Source: Candidatus Latescibacterota bacterium
Lineage (GTDB): Bacteria > Latescibacterota > UBA2968 > UBA8231
Assembly: GCA_965217585.1 (NCBI GenBank)
Contig: OZ244561.1
Location: 5,728,001-5,792,000, forward strand
Direction: 5' to 3'
Length of the DNA stretch: 64,000 bases
Shown here: positions 58,684-64,000 of the stretch, in pieces
Numbering within the stretch: the stretch's first letter is position 1
How the letters are laid out: every line of letters begins with the position of its first letter
Notes under the pieces: generated by a model
What the model was told of the DNA's origin: nothing
The model's input: the letters and a program-made list of their open reading frames with translations, nothing else
Databases searched by the model: none
Translations under genes and position numbers: made by a program

Positions 58684-59807
58684 TCCCCTTCGACTTTGAT
58701 CCGTCCATCCGCGTAGTCTTTGGTGCTGGAACCCTCGACCAGCTAGGCGACCTCGCCAGCGCATTGGCCGGCCCCCGCGCCCTGCTCGTAACCGATCCCG
58801 GCCTCGTCCAAGCCGGCCTCGCCGAACAGGCCCAGCACGCGCTACAAAACGCCGGCTTAGCGACGACTACTTTTTCCGCCGTAGGGGAAAATCCCACGAC
58901 CGAACACGTAGCCGCCGGCGTCCGCCACGCCCGCGTCCACGGCCCCATTGACCTGATCGTCGCCTTGGGCGGCGGCAGCGCTATGGACTGCGCCAAAGGC
59001 ATCAATTTCCTGCTCACCAACAACGGCCAGATGCAGGACTACCAAGGCTATGGCAAAGCCACCCAGCCCATGCTGCCCTCCATCGGCATCCCCACCACAG
59101 CCGGAACGGGCAGCGAGGCCCAATCCTACGCCCTGATTACCTGCGCTGACACAGGTGCTAAAATGGCCTGCGGCGACCGCAAAGCGCGCTTCCACATCGC
59201 CATCCTCGACCCAAACCTGCTGGCCAGCGCCCCCCAGCGCGTCCGCGCCGACGCCGGTATTGACGCCCTCGCCCACGCCGTCGAAAGCTACGTCTCCACC
59301 CGCCGCACGCCCCTCTCGCAGATGTTCGCCCGCCAAGCCTGGCGGCTGCTAGCGCCCCACTACGAAGCAGCCGTCGCTGATCCCCCAAACGCCGCCGACG
59401 CCATGCTTTTAGGTGCCCACCTAGCCGGCACTGCCATCGAAAACTCCATGCTCGGCGCCGCCCACGCCACCGCCAACCCCCTCACCGCCCGCTACCCTCT
59501 CACCCACGGTCGTGCCGTGGCCCTGATGCTGCCGCACGTAATTCGGTTGAATGGAAAAGTAGTGGACGATCTATACGGCGAGCTTTGCGCAGACATCCAA
59601 CTCAACGGCAGCGCCCTCGCGCTCGCCGCATATCTCGAAGAACTGTGCGTTATGGCGGGGCTACCGCGTCGGCTCGCCGATTGTCAGGTCGCCGCAAGCG
59701 ATCTACCCGCTATGGCCCAAGAAGCCGCTGGGCAATGGACCGGTACCTTCAACCCACTTCCCTTGCAAGCAGCGGACTTTATGGAGCTTTACGAGATGGC
59801 GTTTTGA
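58680..59807 (+). CDS. Iron-containing alcohol dehydrogenase
   Basis: GGGSAMDCAK, PTTAGTGSE, DALAHAVE, AAHATA, THGRA; ATGA-coupled to the upstream gene. Confidence 0.9.
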   Translation: MIPFDFDPSIRVVFGAGTLDQLGDLASALAGPRALLVTDPGLVQAGLAEQAQHALQNAGLATTTFSAVGENPTTEHVAAGVRHARVHGPIDLIVALGGGSAMDCAKGINFLLTNNGQMQDYQGYGKATQPMLPSIGIPTTAGTGSEAQSYALITCADTGAKMACGDRKARFHIAILDPNLLASAPQRVRADAGIDALAHAVESYVSTRRTPLSQMFARQAWRLLAPHYEAAVADPPNAADAMLLGAHLAGTAIENSMLGAAHATANPLTARYPLTHGRAVALMLPHVIRLNGKVVDDLYGELCADIQLNGSALALAAYLEELCVMAGLPRRLADCQVAASDLPAMAQEAAGQWTGTFNPLPLQAADFMELYEMAF

Positions 59808-59894
59808 TGAGGAGGAATGAACGTGAGACGACTGCACTAAGACGCAACGGCCACAATATTAAAGCAATGCAGATAAATTTAGACGGCTGGTTTT

Positions 59895-60146
59895 TCAGCC
59901 ACGATCTAGTTCGCGTTTCAATACGTCGATATCCACCGCAAAGACATCCACTTGCTCACGAGCTAAAGCCATGAGGAAGTCAGTGCGATCCAGACCGGCT
60001 ATATGGGCGGCCTTTTCTTGCGAGATCACGCCTCGTTCATACCAGTGGATAGCCCCGGCCAAGCGCAGTTCAGCGACAAACTCCTCTGGCGAGCGACGCA
60101 AAGCGGAGAACACTTCATCCGGCAATTCTAAGGTGACTTTAGTCAT
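59895..60146 (-). CDS. UPF0175-family antitoxin-like protein, followed by a 7-codon stub (59902-59879)
   Basis: ELRLAGAIHWYERGVISQEKAAHIAGLDRTDF. The overlapping GTG frame VAEKPAV* resembles the start of a DUF3368 PIN partner. Confidence 0.78.
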   Translation of the reverse strand: MTKVTLELPDEVFSALRRSPEEFVAELRLAGAIHWYERGVISQEKAAHIAGLDRTDFLMALAREQVDVFAVDIDVLKRELDRG

Positions 60147-60253
60147 AATCAACATCCTGCTTTATTATTCCGAAGACTTGTCTCCAGAAGGAAACAAGTC
60201 TTTTCCGACAAGATAGCAGTTTTCCTAAGATTCGACCAAATACAGACGGTCAT

Positions 60254-63200
60254 TTAGTTGGCTCTGTTGGAGGCTAGGCTCTTACACTCAGCCTGCAGTA
60301 TGAGCAGGCGCGCCCCGGCAAGTTCAGCGGCACGCTCGCTTTGTTGACCAGCAAGTGCATGATGGGCTGTCATACATAATGGCTCGCCGACAGCGTGTCC
60401 GGCCCTCGCCACTTCAAATTCACTTACAACCTGATTCCAAGTCTGGTCGAGGTAATCCTGCGCCCACGCGAAACCCTCCGAGCCGGTGCGCTCAGCCGCT
60501 TCAGCAACAATTTCACGATTGTGCTTAAAGGATTCAATTGACTTCGAGAATACGTCGCTTTCTTCTGAATGCAGATCTTCCAAATCGCGACATGCCATTA
60601 TTGCTGACAGTTGAACGCAAGCGGTGAAGGCCTCATCAAAGCTCTTGGCGATTTCCGATGAGAGGAAGGGAAGGTTGATATGCTCCCGCCATTCCTTTGC
60701 AAAATCTTGGTCAGGAAGCGGCATATGCGACGAAGGAAGAATTGCTAAAGACGCTAGAACTTGACCCTTTAAGACCGGGACAACTCTGAAACGCCAGTCG
60801 TTCCGAAAATGCTGTTGTCCGATAGCAATGCCATCTTCTAGATAGTGCGCATCCGTCTCAAAGTCAGCGATCTCCACAAGGACGGCGACTTCCCTTGCGG
60901 GCCAGTAGACGCTAGCGCTCTCGTCAACGAGCCGAGACCAACACTTGGCCTTCCATCCTCGCGAAATGAGCATGCGTTCTACGTCACGCAGTCTTGCGTG
61001 GAAGCGTTGTTCAGCAAGATTGCGGCAATGCCGTGCGGATGCGTGGATTGCCTTCCCCAGTTTGCCTTTCCGTGCAGCCTTCACTATCTGAATTAATGAC
61101 TGTCTATCATCATGCGCCATTTCGTGAAGTATGGAGGCAACGTTGTCCAAACGCTTAGCCAGGGCAGCAAGCTCACGTAGGGGCGGCTCTGACACTGTCC
61201 GCCATATAGCGGACTGCCCATGCTTCTGTGCCTGCGCCGCCAAGCTCCCAGCAAAAGTGGCTGCCCCTTTAGCTCCTTTTTCCCCGGGAATTTTGCTCAA
61301 TCTTCTTACAAGATTGCGGAGTATCCCGGTCAGCAGTGCGCCAAGAGTGTCGTCGTCGGTGCCCCCTTGCGCAGGAACCGTCATCTCAGGTGATGGCTTT
61401 TCAGGTGTAGCATAGATGAGCGCATCTACTGAACCGACAATCTCATTGATTTCAGCCGCCAGCATGTCTGCATTTGAGATCCTTTTCCCTTTTATCCATT
61501 TCTCGGTGAAAAACCGAAACACCTTCTCGGTACGCTTTACCAGCTCTGCCATCTGCCACGTATAGTCGGTCAGGCTGTAGCAAGCTGATCTGGCGAGAAA
61601 GATCTGGCGGAAAGCCACATTCCAAGCGACGCGAGCTTTTTCGGGGATGTTTCGCCTCGGCATGTTCTTGGACCAAGGCGCGAAATCACCGACCTTAATG
61701 AGTTGGCCTTGGGGATTCACCGCGTCCGATGCCGCTGCATCCGATGTCGGTGATATCGCAATCAAGGTCTCGCAGATATTGCAGATGGTCTCATGTGGGT
61801 CCAGTTGGTCTTGTTCCACCACGTGAAACCAGTTCGAACGGACTGTGCGGCCGTGAATTCCGTCCAAGTCAATGACCGGCGGTGTAACCCACGGTGTTTG
61901 AGACCGAAACCAGTCAAACAGAACCTGCTCACCTCCCAAGGCCTCCACTAGGTTTTTAGCCACATCGGGGCCGATCAGGTAAGCCGTAGACAGCACAGCC
62001 GCAACCTGACGGATATCCTGTTCACCACTGCCAACGAAGTCAGGCACCAGAGTTATCCGTACGGGTTCACCCCCGCATATCGATGCTAGGCAAGAGAGAA
62101 ATTTGTTGGCCTGTTGGAAACTATCGATAGGAGGCACCGTGCTTCCCTCCGGAAGCTGCTCCAAGCAGGCAAGCCGCAGGTCGAACTCTGGCAAGGCACG
62201 GAAATCGAGAATGGCGTTTCGCAGGCTTTGCCACTGCTCAAACTCGGTCAGCTCTGGGATATCGATATCCGGGTCGATAAACATCGAAGCAAGTGACCAC
62301 TGAGCACGCTGCAAACCGTGCTGCTCAAGAATCTTCATGAACGAGGCAACACCACGTTCCAGTGTAGCGAGTCCCAATCCGGTTAGGATTGACGCCCATA
62401 CATCGATGCAGCGGCTGGAACCGAGCGTTTCCGCGAGATTGCGCAAAGCTGTCGTCTCGTCTTCATCGCTCGCCTCCTCTATGATCGATTGAACGATACT
62501 TGGTAGCGTCTCGTCCGTTGCAGCCGGAAGGCTGCGCCACAATGAATCTGTGGTCAGAAACACTGTCTCATCATGCGATACTTTGCTGAGTGCTTCCGAG
62601 CGCAGCACGTGCAGCCCACCGAGCACACCCGGACGGCTTTCTCTCACAAGATGTTCGTCGATCAGCCTTTGCAGCGCACGACTAGCGATATTCGGTTCTA
62701 GGTCGAGGAATTCGAATAGCTTGCTCGCCTGAACCTCTCCGCCGCGGGCACAGAGCACGGCGGTGCTTCTGATTATTGCCAGCTCTTCGTGACGGTCTTC
62801 TTGCTGCCGTTGTCGAACCTGTTCGTAGATAACGGCAGCAAGCCGCTTGCCCTGTGTTAGTAGGTGAACATATTCGAGCATTAGGCATTCAGATTGCTCG
62901 AACGGTTCTCGCCAGTGTTCCCAACTTGTCTGTTTTTCGGCATACAGCTTCTGCCAGACAGTCTCGGCCAACTCTTCATCGAGGCGCACGGCTATGAATT
63001 CCGTGTCTGACCGATTGGCAATGAGAGTCTCATCCTCATTGCGCACAGAGCCGAGAAAATAGACAGAGGGCAATCCCCTCAGTTCTCGGACGAGCACATT
63101 CCACAAGTCGCTGTTCGCTGAACCGACTTCATCGAACACCAAACCGATCCGAGACGTCTCGGTTGGGCGGCGCGCCCGTACAAACCGAATGATGGCATCA

Positions 63201-64000
63201 GCGTCGGCTACAGCGGCCCGCGCTGTAATCTGGTACCATCTGAGTTCGCCAGCGAGTAGACTTGCCGACAGCCACATCAGTGCGGATTTTCCGGCACCCG
63301 ACGGACCCGATACGAGTACATTCCTCCGCCACTTGAGTGTGCAGACAAGCTTATTCGTATCGTCAGGGCGGTCCAGCACAAGCCCGGCAGCAACGTGACC
63401 CGGCTTGACTTTCACACCTTGATAAAAACCCGGTTCGCTGACTGGGGTGGTAAAATCAACCGGCTCCAGACTGCCGGAAGCAACGGCACTTTCTATCGCA
63501 GAAGGGTCTTCCGCCTCCAGACGTTCAAAGATGCGGTGCTCGACCTCGGTCGTGGATATCCTCCACCTTTTCTCGAAGGGTAAAGATGCATTCGCCTCTG
63601 AAGCATCAGCGACCAAGCTATGCAGATCGCTCACAATGCCTTCGGCGATAACCTTCGCCGTATTCAGTTGCGCCGAGATTAGGCTGACACTTTCGTCTCT
63701 CGGCTCTGTGCACACGAGTACGTTCTGGGCCCCGTCCTCAAAAAGCTGACCAATGCCAACCTCATCGATGCCGGGTCTCGGCTGCTCAAGAACAACGGCA
63801 ACCCGAGTATCCTTCACTCGTCCGACCTCTGTGGCCTTGTGCTTTGCAACTTCTAGAATTTTCTGAACTTCTGTATCGCTGAACGTGCCGTCCCTGCGCG
63901 ATTTAATCTGAAGCCAGATATCGCGGCCGGTGAGTTCAAGGACGCAATCTTCGAGCCCTTCGGGCACAAGAAAGCCGGACGGGGCAAACCCGGCCCACTG
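60254..64000 (-). CDS. Large putative defence protein: N-terminal PD-(D/E)xK-like nuclease, P-loop NTPase and long helical C-terminus (5' partial)
   Basis: Frame is open to the window edge (QWAGFAPSGFLVPEGLED...WLQIKSR); Walker A GPSGAGKS, Walker B LVFDEVG, GSVRNED. Confidence 0.7.
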   Translation of the reverse strand, partial: QWAGFAPSGFLVPEGLEDCVLELTGRDIWLQIKSRRDGTFSDTEVQKILEVAKHKATEVGRVKDTRVAVVLEQPRPGIDEVGIGQLFEDGAQNVLVCTEPRDESVSLISAQLNTAKVIAEGIVSDLHSLVADASEANASLPFEKRWRISTTEVEHRIFERLEAEDPSAIESAVASGSLEPVDFTTPVSEPGFYQGVKVKPGHVAAGLVLDRPDDTNKLVCTLKWRRNVLVSGPSGAGKSALMWLSASLLAGELRWYQITARAAVADADAIIRFVRARRPTETSRIGLVFDEVGSANSDLWNVLVRELRGLPSVYFLGSVRNEDETLIANRSDTEFIAVRLDEELAETVWQKLYAEKQTSWEHWREPFEQSECLMLEYVHLLTQGKRLAAVIYEQVRQRQQEDRHEELAIIRSTAVLCARGGEVQASKLFEFLDLEPNIASRALQRLIDEHLVRESRPGVLGGLHVLRSEALSKVSHDETVFLTTDSLWRSLPAATDETLPSIVQSIIEEASDEDETTALRNLAETLGSSRCIDVWASILTGLGLATLERGVASFMKILEQHGLQRAQWSLASMFIDPDIDIPELTEFEQWQSLRNAILDFRALPEFDLRLACLEQLPEGSTVPPIDSFQQANKFLSCLASICGGEPVRITLVPDFVGSGEQDIRQVAAVLSTAYLIGPDVAKNLVEALGGEQVLFDWFRSQTPWVTPPVIDLDGIHGRTVRSNWFHVVEQDQLDPHETICNICETLIAISPTSDAAASDAVNPQGQLIKVGDFAPWSKNMPRRNIPEKARVAWNVAFRQIFLARSACYSLTDYTWQMAELVKRTEKVFRFFTEKWIKGKRISNADMLAAEINEIVGSVDALIYATPEKPSPEMTVPAQGGTDDDTLGALLTGILRNLVRRLSKIPGEKGAKGAATFAGSLAAQAQKHGQSAIWRTVSEPPLRELAALAKRLDNVASILHEMAHDDRQSLIQIVKAARKGKLGKAIHASARHCRNLAEQRFHARLRDVERMLISRGWKAKCWSRLVDESASVYWPAREVAVLVEIADFETDAHYLEDGIAIGQQHFRNDWRFRVVPVLKGQVLASLAILPSSHMPLPDQDFAKEWREHINLPFLSSEIAKSFDEAFTACVQLSAIMACRDLEDLHSEESDVFSKSIESFKHNREIVAEAAERTGSEGFAWAQDYLDQTWNQVVSEFEVARAGHAVGEPLCMTAHHALAGQQSERAAELAGARLLILQAECKSLASNRAN

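Noticed and set aside
1-64000. tRNA, rRNA, integrase, reverse transcriptase or prophage genes
   Set aside because: None recognised by eye; a tRNAscan or Rfam run would be needed to exclude small RNAs fully.

Overview
This is a GC-rich bacterial chromosomal window. Core genes (gatB 3' end, lepB, cysS, several oxidoreductases) alternate with lower-GC defence and toxin-antitoxin (TA) cargo. The lineage may be Latescibacterota/Poribacteria-like and host-associated, inferred only from a UBact locus, a FlgD-Ig-tailed secreted protein and a dockerin-LRR protein. Main elements: (1) 0.5-15.3 kb, a defence hotspot next to gatB. It holds a DUF4143 ATPase, a DUF262+HEPN pair and a candidate ~125-nt structured ncRNA with its own promoter. 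It also holds an ~11-kb type I R-M operon (HTH-hsdM, hsdS, hsdR, M48 peptidase) bracketed by ~240-bp direct repeats, with an inactive, C-terminally short prokaryotic Argonaute, a SIR2 protein and an AIPR protein between hsdS and hsdR. (2) 20.8-27.2 kb, a complete UBact/20S-proteasome operon (arc-dop-ubact-prcB-prcA-pafA). (3) 37-42 kb, tandem Rpn C-terminal cassettes, a dockerin-LRR-hydrolase lipoprotein and an Xre-RES TA pair. (4) 45.3-59.8 kb, a putative operon of two secreted PQQ-type beta-propellers, an EhpF/GriC-like enzyme, a GriD-like reductase and an Fe-ADH, split by an ~7-kb island. (5) A large nuclease-NTPase running off the right edge. Several toxins are truncated while their antitoxins remain. 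All family assignments come from recognising motifs by eye; no database searches were run.
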